Positions 10,147 to 20,510 of a DNA stretch of 64,000 nucleotides are shown in pieces; within the stretch, counting starts at the first letter, position 1, and the number at the start of each line of letters is the position of its first letter. This stretch comes from an uncultured Acidobacteriaceae bacterium (lineage in GTDB: Bacteria; Acidobacteriota; Terriglobia; Terriglobales; Acidobacteriaceae): the NCBI GenBank assembly GCA_963800145.1, contig CAWCZX010000003.1, positions 9,880-73,879 on the forward strand. The letters run 5' to 3'. A program made the position numbers and the translations under genes. The notes under the pieces were generated by a model. The model did no database searches. It was not told the DNA's origin and saw only the letters and a list, made by a program, of their open reading frames with translations.

Positions 10147-11298
10147 ATGTTCCTGGTGTTCTCTCTAGCCGCCTTGCTGTCTTTAGGCGGCCCCGCCTCT
10201 GCGTCACCCCCGCAAAAGAGCTTTGATGAAATTGCGAGACAGGCTGAAAGCGCGCGCACGGCGGACCGGATGACGGAAGCAATTGAGCTCTACCGCGAGG
10301 GAGTTCGCCTGCGCCCCTCCTGGAACGAAGGATGGTTGTGGCTGGGCAACCTTCTCTACGATCAGGACCGCTTTCCTGAGGCGCAATCTTCTTTCGCTCA
10401 CTACGTGGCACTCGCGCCAAAACCGGGTCCAGTCTTTGCCTTGAAGGGCCTTTGCGAATTTGAGATGCGCGATTGGGACCGCTCCAGCTTGGACCTCGAG
10501 ACATGGGCGCATGGCGACTTTCACGGAAGCAGCGACATGACTGAGGTTGCGGCCTTTCACTGGGCACTGCTGCTGACGCGGCAACACCGCTTCGCGCAAG
10601 CACTTTACGTTCTGGCGGACAGGGCGCAACGCAGTGGGGAAAGCCCGCTGTTAGTCGAAGCGATGGGTCTGGCTTCGCTGCGTATGCCGAGTCTGCCCGA
10701 GGATTACTCGCCGGAGTTCCGCGAGCGGGTTTGGTTGGCGGGAAAAGCCGCATTTTACGTGTCCCGGCATGACTTTGCTCGCGGCCAGGAGTATTCCCGT
10801 CGATTGCTGGCTGAATATGGCCAGCAACCAGAAGTGCACTACTTTCAGGGAATGCTTCTCAAATTTGAGTTAGAGCCCGCCAAGGCGGCGCAGGAGTTCC
10901 GCAAGGAACTTGAGATATCTCCCCAGCATGTTTCGGCGATGCTGGAACTGGCGCAATTCGAGATTGACACCAGTGAATTAACTGAGGCAGTGTCCCTGGC
11001 GAGGCACGCCGTAGAGATTGAACCCACCAATCCGGATCCACACCATATTCTTGGCCGCGCCCTGCTGGCCGCTGGAGAGGCAAGGGAAAGCGCGCAGGAA
11101 TTGGAGTCGGCGGAGCGTCTCGCGCCGCGAAGTTCAGCAATTCACTTTCATCTCGCCGCGGCTTACCGGGAATTGGGACGCAGAGAGGACGCGCAGCGGG
11201 AGATGGCTGCGTACGTCACGAGCAAGAAGCGAGAGGGGGATTTGGATCGTGCCGCAGGAGGGCAAGACGCGGAGCATTCCCTGGAGCCGCCGCAGTGA
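10147..11298 (+). CDS. Secreted tetratricopeptide-repeat protein
   Basis: Signal-peptide-like N-terminus (MFLVFSLAALLSLGGPASA) and multiple TPR-like helical repeats (LELAQFE..GELTEAV..ARHAVEIEPTNPDPHHILGRALL). Confidence 0.8.
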   Translation: MFLVFSLAALLSLGGPASASPPQKSFDEIARQAESARTADRMTEAIELYREGVRLRPSWNEGWLWLGNLLYDQDRFPEAQSSFAHYVALAPKPGPVFALKGLCEFEMRDWDRSSLDLETWAHGDFHGSSDMTEVAAFHWALLLTRQHRFAQALYVLADRAQRSGESPLLVEAMGLASLRMPSLPEDYSPEFRERVWLAGKAAFYVSRHDFARGQEYSRRLLAEYGQQPEVHYFQGMLLKFELEPAKAAQEFRKELEISPQHVSAMLELAQFEIDTSELTEAVSLARHAVEIEPTNPDPHHILGRALLAAGEARESAQELESAERLAPRSSAIHFHLAAAYRELGRREDAQREMAAYVTSKKREGDLDRAAGGQDAEHSLEPPQ

Positions 11299-12425
11299 TC
11301 GCTCTTCTGGCTCCGGCGCTGCTGATGCTGGCTACCGGGTTCCCGGCCCAGGCCGCTGCAACTGCGCGCCCGAGCGACACGGCTATGCACGGTGCCACTA
11401 GCTTTGAGCAGGTTGCCGAGGCCGCGAAGCGGGCGCGGGACGAGAACCGCGACGATGCCGCTATCGAGAGCTACCGCCAGGGCCTGAAGCTCAAACCGGA
11501 ATGGGACGAAGGGTTGTGGTACCTGGGCACGCTGCTGTACGAGAAGGAGAATTATTTCGAGGCATGCACAGCACTGCGCAGCTTTCTCGGCCGCAATCCC
11601 GAAAACGGATACGGATGGGCGTTGCTGGGATTGAGCGAGTTTGAGACGCGCGACTACACGCGAGCCCTGGATCATCTGCAGCAGGGCATGGTAATCGGAT
11701 TGGGCGACAACCGGAAGATGGCATCCACCGTTTCCTACGTCACCGCGATATTGCTCACTCGGTCTGAAAAATTTGATGAAAGTATGGCCCTGCTTTTTAC
11801 GCAAGTGGCATCGGGCCACAACGCGTCGCCGTTGATTGAGCCGCTTGGCTTGGCTGCCTTGCGCTTGCCCTTCTTGCCCGCAGAGATTCCCGCTGATCGC
11901 CGGGAAATGGTTCAAATGGCGGGCGCCGCCGCGCTCGCCGTTGAAGCGCAACATTACGAAGAGGCCGACAAACTCTTCAACGAACTTGAAGCCAGGTATC
12001 CCGACCAACCCGGAGTTCACTTCCTCATCGGCGCTTACCTGCTGCGCGCGCGTCCGGACGATGGGATCAAAGAACTGAAACGCGAGATTGATATCTCACC
12101 GTCACATGTGCCCGCGAGGATCCGGCTGGCGGAAGAATATATTAAGCGGCAAGACATGAGCCAGAGCATTTCCTTCGCCCAAGAGGCATTGAAACTCGAG
12201 CCTGGGAATGGTTTGGCCCATATGGTGCTCGGTGAAGCATTGGTCGCGAAAGGAGATCCTGTGACCGGAATTCCGGAGCTCGAGATTGCTCAGGGCTCCT
12301 TGCCCGATGAATTACGGATTCGCTGGGACCTGTTTCGCGCTTACAACTCCACGCAACGCGAGGAAGACGCTGCCCGGGAGAAGGGTGAGATTGAAAGGCT
12401 CGGCAAACAAGATGCGGCGCATTGA
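11295..12425 (+). CDS. Secreted tetratricopeptide-repeat protein, tandem paralog of the upstream gene
   Basis: GTGA overlap with the upstream stop; collinear similarity (YRQGLKLKPEWDEGLWYLGTLLY vs YREGVRLRPSWNEGWLWLGNLLY). Confidence 0.85.
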   Translation: MIALLAPALLMLATGFPAQAAATARPSDTAMHGATSFEQVAEAAKRARDENRDDAAIESYRQGLKLKPEWDEGLWYLGTLLYEKENYFEACTALRSFLGRNPENGYGWALLGLSEFETRDYTRALDHLQQGMVIGLGDNRKMASTVSYVTAILLTRSEKFDESMALLFTQVASGHNASPLIEPLGLAALRLPFLPAEIPADRREMVQMAGAAALAVEAQHYEEADKLFNELEARYPDQPGVHFLIGAYLLRARPDDGIKELKREIDISPSHVPARIRLAEEYIKRQDMSQSISFAQEALKLEPGNGLAHMVLGEALVAKGDPVTGIPELEIAQGSLPDELRIRWDLFRAYNSTQREEDAAREKGEIERLGKQDAAH

Positions 12426-14124
12426 ATCCGACAAAAGGTTGCCGGTCCTGCACGCACTTTCAATCGCCTTCACGGCACTGCTGCTGTCACGCGCCGCATT
12501 GCTCTTCACGCAACAACAGATTCCCATCGCCGAACCGGACAAATCACCTCTCCATTTCACGCCCCATCCCATTCCCTTTTCGCTGGACAGTTGCGAGACG
12601 CCGGAGCGGCACGTCCCGGAAACCATGGCTGGGGGAGTTGCCGTCTTCGACTACAACAATGACGGGTATCTGGATATTTTCTTCACCAATGGAGCTGATA
12701 TCGCGAGTCTGAAAAAGACCTCGCCAAAATACTGGGACAGGCTGTTCCGAAACAATGGCGATGGAACATTCACGGACGTAACTGAAAAAGCGGGGCTTGC
12801 AGGGACAGGTTACGACACAGCGGTTGCAATCGGCGACTACGACAATGACGGATACGAGGACATCTTCGTCGGCGGCGTCTATCGGAACACGCTCTATCAC
12901 AATAACGGCGATGGGACCTTCACTGATGTTACCGAAAAAGCGGGACTCGCGAAGCTCGATAAGCAGTACGGGCCTCTTTGGTCCACCGGCGCGGCCTGGG
13001 TGGATGTAAACAATGATGGCCTGTTGGATCTCTTCGTAGTGAATTATCTGAGCTGGGACCGGTCGAACGAACCAGTCTGTAAGGTCAACGGCAAACCGGA
13101 TTATTGCCACCCAAAATTCTTCAAGGGACTTCCCAATCAGCTCTTCCTGAATAATGGCGATGGAACATTCACAGATATATCAGAGCAGTCAGGAATCCGC
13201 GCGCATATTGGAAAAGGCATGGGAGTCGCGGTCGCGGATTTCAACGGCAACGGGCTGCCGGATTTCTTCGTGACCAATGACAAGCTCTTCAGTTCACTGT
13301 TCCATAACAAAGGCAATCTCCATTTCGAGGAAGTTGCGTTTGACGCCGGTGTAGCCCTGCCCGAGCACGGCAATCTCATTTCCGAGATGGGCGCGGATGC
13401 TCAGGATCTCAACAACGATGGGTTTCCCGACATCGCATTCACCGCGCTGGTCAATGAGACTTTCCCCATTTTCCAAAACAACGGCAAAGGTGAATTCACA
13501 GAGATTACGGCACGCAGTGGAATGACCGCTCTCAGCAGTCCCATGTCTGGCTACAGCCTGAATATTGCCGATTTCGACAACGATGGTTGGAAGGATATTT
13601 TTGTCGCCCGAGGCGATGTGCAATCACCGACCATGGCTTCGATTGTCCAGATCGATCAGCCCAACACGGTTTTCTTGAACGCCCCTGGAGGCCGCTGGTC
13701 CGCATTGACAGCGGAGGCCGGTTTTGACGCGCTTCCCCCGCGCCGCCACCGCGGCGCCGCCGTTGGCGACTTCAATCACGACGGAAAACTCGATATTGTG
13801 GTGACCGCGCTGAGCGCTCCCGCGGAAATCTGGATGAACGACAGTCCGAATCACAACCAATGGCTGGAACTCGTCTTGCGAGGCACCAAAAGCAACCGGG
13901 ACGGAATCGGAGCGCGAATTCGGATCGTGGCCGGCGGGCAGGCTCAGTTCAGCTACAAGTCCACTGCGTCGGGATATGCCTCCTCCAGCGCCGGCCCTGT
14001 CCACTTCGGCCTGGGTTCGGCGAGCATGGTGGACGAAATCGATATCCGCTGGCCATCGGGAACTGTGCAGGTCCTGAAAAACGTCGCGGCAAACCAGACA
14101 CTGGCGATCACAGAACCCAAATGA
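12412..14124 (+). CDS. CRTAC1/ASPIC-UnbV family protein with FG-GAP-like Ca-binding repeats
   Basis: Repeated DYNNDGYLD / DYDNDGYED / DVNNDGLLD / DFNGNGLPD / DFDNDGWKD motifs and a C-terminal GIGARIRI...VHFGLG...IDIRWPSG ASPIC/UnbV domain; start ATG 12412 overlaps the upstream gene. Confidence 0.88.
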   Translation: MRRIESDKRLPVLHALSIAFTALLLSRAALLFTQQQIPIAEPDKSPLHFTPHPIPFSLDSCETPERHVPETMAGGVAVFDYNNDGYLDIFFTNGADIASLKKTSPKYWDRLFRNNGDGTFTDVTEKAGLAGTGYDTAVAIGDYDNDGYEDIFVGGVYRNTLYHNNGDGTFTDVTEKAGLAKLDKQYGPLWSTGAAWVDVNNDGLLDLFVVNYLSWDRSNEPVCKVNGKPDYCHPKFFKGLPNQLFLNNGDGTFTDISEQSGIRAHIGKGMGVAVADFNGNGLPDFFVTNDKLFSSLFHNKGNLHFEEVAFDAGVALPEHGNLISEMGADAQDLNNDGFPDIAFTALVNETFPIFQNNGKGEFTEITARSGMTALSSPMSGYSLNIADFDNDGWKDIFVARGDVQSPTMASIVQIDQPNTVFLNAPGGRWSALTAEAGFDALPPRRHRGAAVGDFNHDGKLDIVVTALSAPAEIWMNDSPNHNQWLELVLRGTKSNRDGIGARIRIVAGGQAQFSYKSTASGYASSSAGPVHFGLGSASMVDEIDIRWPSGTVQVLKNVAANQTLAITEPK

Positions 14125-14128
14125 CAAC

Positions 14129-15325
14129 TTATGGCTGGGATTGGCTGGGAGCCTGTTCGCGCGCTTTCTCGTCAAGTTGGAAGACAGCAGCGCGCTCACG
14201 CTTGCTGTCTTCGATGAGGTGCAGACGAGCATACAAGGCGGCCAGTTGAACATGGACCTCCTTGAAATCAGGAGACTGGCGCTCCACTTGTTGCAAAATG
14301 GATAGGGCGTCTTGTAAATGCCCTTCGGCCAGATTCAGCAAGCCAATCTGGAAACGCGCCTCAACACTAGAAGGCCGCAACATCCGCGCTTTTTCGAGGT
14401 ACGGGGTTGCATCGGCGATATTGCCGTCGTAACGCAACATTCCTCCAAGATAAAGATTGGCTTCGAAATCGTTCGGATCAGCCCGCAGTGCTCTTAGAAA
14501 CGCGATTCTTGCGCCCTCATGGTCTCCACTGTCAAGCAGGGCCCGCGCATATAACATCCAGCCGCCAGGCAGGTCGGGCTCGCTTTCAAGAGCCTTATGA
14601 ATCCTGTTTGCCGCCGCCTTACTGTCATGTGCGGCGAGCTGTGCGGCACCTGTTAACAGATCTACTTCATTTTGGTTGCCTGTCTTTGCGACCTGTTCGA
14701 TGATGACCTCTCCCTGCTTGATCTGCCCGGCGCGAATCAGCGCCGTGCCAAGTGCAAAATCCACCGCACGATCGTTTGGATTGGCGTTGTAAGCAGGCTG
14801 AAGCAGTGCCACAGCATCTTCATTTCGGCCGAGGCGCAGGTAGCAGTCGGCGAGAAGATAAAGTGACTGCCTGTTCTCTGGGTGCTTCGCACGCAGACGT
14901 TCGAGGTTGACAGCGGCCTTATCGAAAGCGGCCTGTTTGTACCAGGCCAACGCAAGGTTGAGAAGAATGCTGGGGTTGCCCGGGGCTCGTTTCAGCGCTT
15001 CATTGTACTGGGCAACCGCATCGTTGTAGCGTCCGACCCGTGCCATTGCGACTCCCAGGTTTGTCCTTGCTTCCACCGAAGCAGGCTGTATCTTGATCAG
15101 CTCTTCATAAAGGCGTATGGCCGCTCGCACATCACCGCGCACATAAGCTGCATCGGCATCCCTCGAGAGACTTTGCGGAGAGCGGGTCTGGCTCCAGACT
15201 TGAAGCCCGATGGTGGTCCACATGCCGATCAGACAACAGCTCAGCACGCAGGAGGCGAATACTCGCCGCAACGCACATCGCTGCCGCAGTAGAGCAAGCA
15301 CAACGCGCCTGAATTCTTCCGGCAT
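14129..15325 (-). CDS. Tetratricopeptide-repeat protein with N-terminal signal/TM segment
   Basis: Canonical TPRs (EARTNLGVAMARVGRYNDAVAQYNEALKRAPGN; EANLYLGGMLRYDGNIADATPYLEKA). Start uncertain (15325 or 15349). Confidence 0.8.
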   Translation of the reverse strand: MPEEFRRVVLALLRQRCALRRVFASCVLSCCLIGMWTTIGLQVWSQTRSPQSLSRDADAAYVRGDVRAAIRLYEELIKIQPASVEARTNLGVAMARVGRYNDAVAQYNEALKRAPGNPSILLNLALAWYKQAAFDKAAVNLERLRAKHPENRQSLYLLADCYLRLGRNEDAVALLQPAYNANPNDRAVDFALGTALIRAGQIKQGEVIIEQVAKTGNQNEVDLLTGAAQLAAHDSKAAANRIHKALESEPDLPGGWMLYARALLDSGDHEGARIAFLRALRADPNDFEANLYLGGMLRYDGNIADATPYLEKARMLRPSSVEARFQIGLLNLAEGHLQDALSILQQVERQSPDFKEVHVQLAALYARLHLIEDSKRERAAVFQLDEKAREQAPSQSQP

Positions 15326-15534
15326 GGCTCGGAAAGAATAGCAGAACACGAAGCTGCCATCCAGCGATGCATCTTTCTGTGAAGCATAAGTGGCGGCCTA
15401 TTGCTCTTCCCCTGAATTGGGCGGACTGACGTTGAGCACATAATAGGCACGCACGTCCCCTATGCACTTGCCAGGCAGACCACTTGCTGAGTTCACGTGG
15501 CGCGTCCTCAATCGCCGTGGTGTGCACCGACTGG

Positions 15535-17775
15535 CTAGAAAAAGCGCCCCAGAGAAAAGAACCACGCACCGTGCCCTGTGTCTCCGACACTTCCCCCCAA
15601 AAACATGGGGCCCAGCGCGGTCCGCACGATCGCACCGGCCGCGCCGTCAGTGGGAAGTTTGCTCACGCCGGGAGCGTTGAACATTTTTCCGACCTCGTAC
15701 AATGAGACGGCGTAAAGGCCATTGCCGAGGAAGGGCGGGAGGGTGAGCAGTCTATGCAGGTATCCCACGCGGAAAAGGTAATACTGATTTCCGCGGACCT
15801 CGTTCTCGCCATAGGCAAGCAACCCGGCCGCGCCTCCGAGGAAGTATTGAGGAATGCCGGTCTTCTCGTAGCCGACGGTAGAGCCACCTTGAGCTCGCAG
15901 GAAGACAGAGGCCGGTCGTGACACGACTTTGAAAACCTCGTTATCCGATTCCAGATTTGGAAACGCAGCCGGGGCACCCGGACTCGCATCCATCCAGTGG
16001 AAAGTGAAATCGCCCGAATAGCCCTGCCTGGGAATGACCGGGTCATCCCGATGGTCAGTGACGTAGCGAAATCGCGAGCCGCGCTCTTGCCCCTTGACTG
16101 ATTGGAAGAGTGGAGTACCCAGCTTCAGGTTCGCATCCAAATAGCCGATCTCGTATCCAGCGCGGACTTCGCTGAAGCGGTTCACTGCGTAGCCGAGGTC
16201 AGTCCCAAATTCCGCTCTCCCGAGGCGGTACTCGGCTTGAGGATTGTTGTAGGAAAAGATCCACTGCGCCGAGTCGCTTGCACCCACGTAGGGCGCGAAG
16301 AACCATCGGGTGGTTGGGGTAAATGGTTTGTACAGCTCTGTTGAGATTCCGTAGGTGTTTCCAAACGTAAAATCCGTTCGCAATTCGGAACCGTATCCTG
16401 CGATATCGAGAAACGTCAAACGTCCTCCCATCGTGAAGGTGACGTTGTCGGGTTCGGTCCCGTTCACGGCAATAGCAGGTTGCAGAACAGGCGGTGCATA
16501 GTTCTTCTCACGAACAGTGACGAGAAGGCCGAGCTGACCGTCATTCTCGGTCAAACCATAGGAAGCGCTTTCGAATCTGCCGATTCCTGTCAAGCGGGTC
16601 AGATAGGTGTCCAGAATCTTCGGGTCGATCGGCTTACCGACAAGGGGCTGGAGAAATTTCTGGATCTTTTGCTCAGCGTCATGCGTGGTCCCATCCACTC
16701 TCACAAATTGTGGAATTCCCACGGCTCCTTTCTTGCGGGCATCGCGGCGTGCCACATATTCATTCCAAGCGGCCTGATCGAGGGAATAAGGAAGTAATAT
16801 CTTGGATTTCTCTTCTGCCGCTTCCCATCCCTTTTGGATGAGTTCATGCGCTTTATTGAAATCCAGGCTGGTGAATTTCTGTACATCCACTTTAACGACG
16901 ATGTCCGCTTCTTCCATCCCCCTGAGCTCCGTGGCAGCGACGCCGACAGTGATTGACCGGCCGAGCACACTGAAGAGAGATTGGATTTCATCTGCGGTTG
17001 TAGGAGCGACCTGAAGATGAATCGCTATGACCACGTCAGGGCCCATCTGCCGGGCGAGGTCCGTAGGCAGGTTGTCGACCAGTTCACCATCGACGAAAAC
17101 GTGGTCTCCTTCACGTACAGGAGCGAAGATTGACGGCAGGGACATGGAGGCCCGCATCGCCCGACCAATCGGACCGCTGGAAAACACATGCGCCTTTCCC
17201 GAAATCAGGTCAGTGGAAACGCAGCGAAAAGGGATGGGCAGGTCGTCGAACGATTTCACGGTCGAGTATGCCATCGTTTCCCTGTCAATGAGCAGGCTGA
17301 TTTGATGCCCCGAGCTCAATCCGGATGGGAGCGTCGCCCCATGTTTGAAACCGATGACCAAGCTGTTTTGAACCGCGCGCGCATCCTCCTTGCGGCGGAA
17401 AGAGAGGTCTTCGTAGGGGGTTTCGCCCCCGATAACAAGAGGCCAGTCCATTTGTTTAACGAGCGCCTCGAGTCCATCGGGGCTCATGCCGGTCGCGTAC
17501 ATGCCTCCTACCAGGGCCCCCATGCTATTTCCAGAGAGATAGTCGATGGGAATGTGATGCTGCTCAAACCACCTGAGCACTCCGATGTGAGCCAGTCCGA
17601 GCGCACCGCCGCCTTCGAGGGCGACCCCAATCGTCAACCGTTTGGGGGCTGACTGTCCGCTTTGGGCAAATGCGATGACAGAAGACACGCTCAACGCGAA
17701 GAGGACGAGCGCAATTCTCAACGGTGGGTACAAACAACTCCAGCAGCTTGCTCCGAATGAACAAATGAATTCCAT
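15535..17775 (-). CDS. Patatin-like phospholipase fused to a POTRA-like domain and a C-terminal outer-membrane beta-barrel (PlpD/type Vd-like)
   Basis: ALEGGGALGLAHIGV oxyanion loop, GNSMG nucleophile, FVDGELVDNLP catalytic-Asp motif, C-terminal amphipathic strands ending FFSLGRFF. Confidence 0.85.
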   Translation of the reverse strand: MEFICSFGASCWSCLYPPLRIALVLFALSVSSVIAFAQSGQSAPKRLTIGVALEGGGALGLAHIGVLRWFEQHHIPIDYLSGNSMGALVGGMYATGMSPDGLEALVKQMDWPLVIGGETPYEDLSFRRKEDARAVQNSLVIGFKHGATLPSGLSSGHQISLLIDRETMAYSTVKSFDDLPIPFRCVSTDLISGKAHVFSSGPIGRAMRASMSLPSIFAPVREGDHVFVDGELVDNLPTDLARQMGPDVVIAIHLQVAPTTADEIQSLFSVLGRSITVGVAATELRGMEEADIVVKVDVQKFTSLDFNKAHELIQKGWEAAEEKSKILLPYSLDQAAWNEYVARRDARKKGAVGIPQFVRVDGTTHDAEQKIQKFLQPLVGKPIDPKILDTYLTRLTGIGRFESASYGLTENDGQLGLLVTVREKNYAPPVLQPAIAVNGTEPDNVTFTMGGRLTFLDIAGYGSELRTDFTFGNTYGISTELYKPFTPTTRWFFAPYVGASDSAQWIFSYNNPQAEYRLGRAEFGTDLGYAVNRFSEVRAGYEIGYLDANLKLGTPLFQSVKGQERGSRFRYVTDHRDDPVIPRQGYSGDFTFHWMDASPGAPAAFPNLESDNEVFKVVSRPASVFLRAQGGSTVGYEKTGIPQYFLGGAAGLLAYGENEVRGNQYYLFRVGYLHRLLTLPPFLGNGLYAVSLYEVGKMFNAPGVSKLPTDGAAGAIVRTALGPMFLGGSVGDTGHGAWFFSLGRFF

Positions 17776-17809
17776 GGTGGCCTCTGAATTTTCAAATCTC
17801 CAGTGCGAC

Positions 17810-18910
17810 TCAAAATCCGATCCGCCCCACTCGAATCAGCGCGGAGAAGTCAGGAGAGCCGTCCGCCGCTCGAGCCGCGGCATTGATGTGCTCGCGTTGC
17901 TTCAATTCTGGAAACGGAAGTCCGCCAGAGACCAGTCGTCCGCGGTCATAGAGCAACTCATCGAGCGTGCCGTTAAGTAAGAATTGGTAGTTCCAGGGCT
18001 GCGGGTTGCTCACTGTGGCGGCAAGCGGTTTGTCGATCGTAGTTGTGCAGTTTCTTGTTACTTCGTTGTACCACTCCGGCTGATTCTTCAGTTTATTCAG
18101 GTAGGTAACGTAAGTGAGGAACATGGCCCGCGCTACTTCCGGCTGTATATGGATGCGGTACATATACACTTCTTCATTATCTTTACGGTAGTTGGTGCGT
18201 AATCGAATTACATCGCGCTCATCCGCCGCAATAACAATCAACTCGTATTGACGAAAACATCCAAGAATTGTCGAATACGCCTGACCTACTTTGTAGCGCG
18301 CCTCAATCGAAAATGCGACGTGCTGGTTATCTCCAAATTGAAAACTGACAATCGGGTGGCTGGCAAAGCGAATCCCCCAGTTCGTCAGAAAAAAGTCGGC
18401 ACCCCGAATTTGTGAAAGATCGAGGGTCCGGTCGCTCCAGCAATTCGTGTAGTCGGATTCAGTGCGATAGTCGCAGTTGCGCAAATTGTGAATTGTGACT
18501 CGATCTCCATCCAATTCGGCCCAGGCGGTTTGAGCGGCGTTGCGTTGCCAATCGGCCGTGTTCGAGGGCTTCAGGGTGAGCCACCATGCGAGCACACAAA
18601 AAAAGGCGAGGAGAACCAAGGCAACAGACCAACGGGACCACTTGAATTTGAATAAAATCGCGATGATCACGAGAACGTAGATCACAGCCATCGGAATTCG
18701 CAATGCCGGGATCCGAAAATCGATATAAAGAGCTGCCACCGCCCATAGCGTAAGCAGCGTGAGAATTGTCCACACAATCGTGATTTCAGTCGCCCGCAGC
18801 ACGGTCAACCAAGTCGGCGATGCAGCCGGGCGACGAGGGGCATCGTCCCAGAAAGAGCTTGTTGAAATTTTCCCTCGTGAATTCATAACATGAACTGACC
18901 GATCTCGCAC
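17810..18910 (-). CDS. DUF4105 (Lnb N-terminal-like) membrane protein
   Basis: Three N-terminal TM helices, then ITIHNLRNCDY-type segment (VTIHNLRNCDY), ASHPIVSFQF, FRQYELIVIAADERDVIRLRTNYR, EVYMY and WYNEVTRNCTT, with a His...Cys pair. Start 18910 or 18886. Confidence 0.75.
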   Translation of the reverse strand: MRDRSVHVMNSRGKISTSSFWDDAPRRPAASPTWLTVLRATEITIVWTILTLLTLWAVAALYIDFRIPALRIPMAVIYVLVIIAILFKFKWSRWSVALVLLAFFCVLAWWLTLKPSNTADWQRNAAQTAWAELDGDRVTIHNLRNCDYRTESDYTNCWSDRTLDLSQIRGADFFLTNWGIRFASHPIVSFQFGDNQHVAFSIEARYKVGQAYSTILGCFRQYELIVIAADERDVIRLRTNYRKDNEEVYMYRIHIQPEVARAMFLTYVTYLNKLKNQPEWYNEVTRNCTTTIDKPLAATVSNPQPWNYQFLLNGTLDELLYDRGRLVSGGLPFPELKQREHINAAARAADGSPDFSALIRVGRIGF

Positions 18911-19383
18911 CTTTCACCTGGCATGGTTTTCATCGTCGCGTTCTTTCAGCGTCGGAGATCGAATTGGCTTTCACGAGCCTCGATTGATTGATTTAGCTCA
19001 ATGCTTGCATTCGGTTTTGCAGGAACCGGTGCGCGGACAGACAAATCACTTTCAACTGGATTCAGTTGTCCACATCGTCAAGCTATTAGGCATCATGCCT
19101 CTTGGGAAACTGGCAGAATTACCAGCCCACGCGGAGAATAGTCTGAGTCCCTGGATGGTGCCCGCGTGACAGACTGCGGGGAGGATCCAACGCTTTGCAT
19201 CGAGATCGAGCGATCGCGTGGCTAGGCGACGTTCTTCCGGTGCCTTCTGGCGTAGAGGCAGGTGGCAGACCGGGGCTGCCCGATTTCAATGAGAAGCAAC
19301 CAGTCATGAAAGGCTAGACCAAACTTTCCAAAACGTCCGGATTCCGACAGCCGAATTTTCAGTTGTAATCACCCGAAGGATGT

Positions 19384-20496
19384 CTACTTCGGATCTGATT
19401 CCGATTTCGTTCCCGAAGAGTCGTCAGTGGATGTTGCGCCAGTGGGGAGAAGTCTGTATCCGTCTCGAGATCGGATGTGATACTTCTGCAAATCTTTGCC
19501 CGCCAGCTTCACTTTGATGGAGCGCCAGCCACGATTGGGGTTAGCCTGGGGATAGTAACTCAGGGTATAGAGATGAACCAGATCCTCGCGGATCGAGGCG
19601 AACGCCTGCGTCTCCTCGCGCCAACTTTTAGCGAAATATGCTTTCCCCCCGGAGACCTTGCTCACGCGTTCAAATGCGGCGGCGGACACAGGATCATCCT
19701 CAGCCTGCCGCGTACTGATGATGTAGATAATCGTTCCTGTTGACTGGGCCAACTCTGCCACATCCTCGGGAGGAACCGAACTGGCGTTGTCCGGTCCGTT
19801 TGAAAAGACCACGATTGCCTTGCGTCCTTTCAGGGGCGCCGCATCTTTTACGGTCAATAGAAGGCTGTTATAGAGTGCGGCATCATCGCCTGCGACCGTG
19901 TTGCGCACGCCACTCACAACGCGGAACTGATCTGAAGTGAGTGCGGCCATTCGCGACAGGTTCCGGCTATATGAATAAAAGGCCACCTTGCTGGCATCAT
20001 CCATAGAACGTACGAAGTCGGCGATGGCGTCCTGAGCAAAAACGAAACTTCGGTACATGTAGTTGCTCGTGTCGAAGAGAATGAACACATTCGATTCGGC
20101 CACGCGCGAAATCGCTATGCCGGCCGGTCCCTTGAGCGTTGGCTGCAAATCCGCGCCGGGGACGCCGCCGGCGTCGTTCGATTGGCGATTTTGATTTCGC
20201 CGGGCAATCTCGACTGAGTTATGGCCAGTCTCGCTGCTCTCCTCGAAGGTGGAGATTTTCTGGGGAATTTTATCCTCTGTAATGAGAAAGTCTTCCGGGC
20301 GAAGGCCAGTTACATAGTCGCCCTTGTTATCGGTCACGGCGACGTTGAGCTGGACCAGGACGACATTGACTCGAAGATGTCGGGGATCGTCCTGAGCAGC
20401 AGACCGGGATTGATGACCGTGCATGAAGAACAAGAGCGAAAACACTCCAAGACGGGCGATGGTTTTCTTTGACACAACGAATTCGATATGCACCAC
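19384..20496 (-). CDS. Acidobacterial VWA-domain protein with degenerate MIDAS
   Basis: LRVNVVLVQLNVAVTDNKGDYVTGLRPEDFLITEDKIPQKISTF N-terminus, LFDTSNY, ALYNSL, RKAIVVFSNGPDN and YTLSYYP..WRSIKVKL. GTG start with a GAGGG RBS just after the upstream stop. Confidence 0.85.
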   Translation of the reverse strand: MVHIEFVVSKKTIARLGVFSLLFFMHGHQSRSAAQDDPRHLRVNVVLVQLNVAVTDNKGDYVTGLRPEDFLITEDKIPQKISTFEESSETGHNSVEIARRNQNRQSNDAGGVPGADLQPTLKGPAGIAISRVAESNVFILFDTSNYMYRSFVFAQDAIADFVRSMDDASKVAFYSYSRNLSRMAALTSDQFRVVSGVRNTVAGDDAALYNSLLLTVKDAAPLKGRKAIVVFSNGPDNASSVPPEDVAELAQSTGTIIYIISTRQAEDDPVSAAAFERVSKVSGGKAYFAKSWREETQAFASIREDLVHLYTLSYYPQANPNRGWRSIKVKLAGKDLQKYHIRSRDGYRLLPTGATSTDDSSGTKSESDPK

Positions 20497-20510
20497 GATA
20501 CCCTCGATGT

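Noticed and set aside
13609-13617. RGD tripeptide in the FG-GAP protein (another occurs in the TPR protein at 14129-15325)
   Set aside because: A three-residue motif is expected by chance in GC-rich coding DNA; no supporting context.
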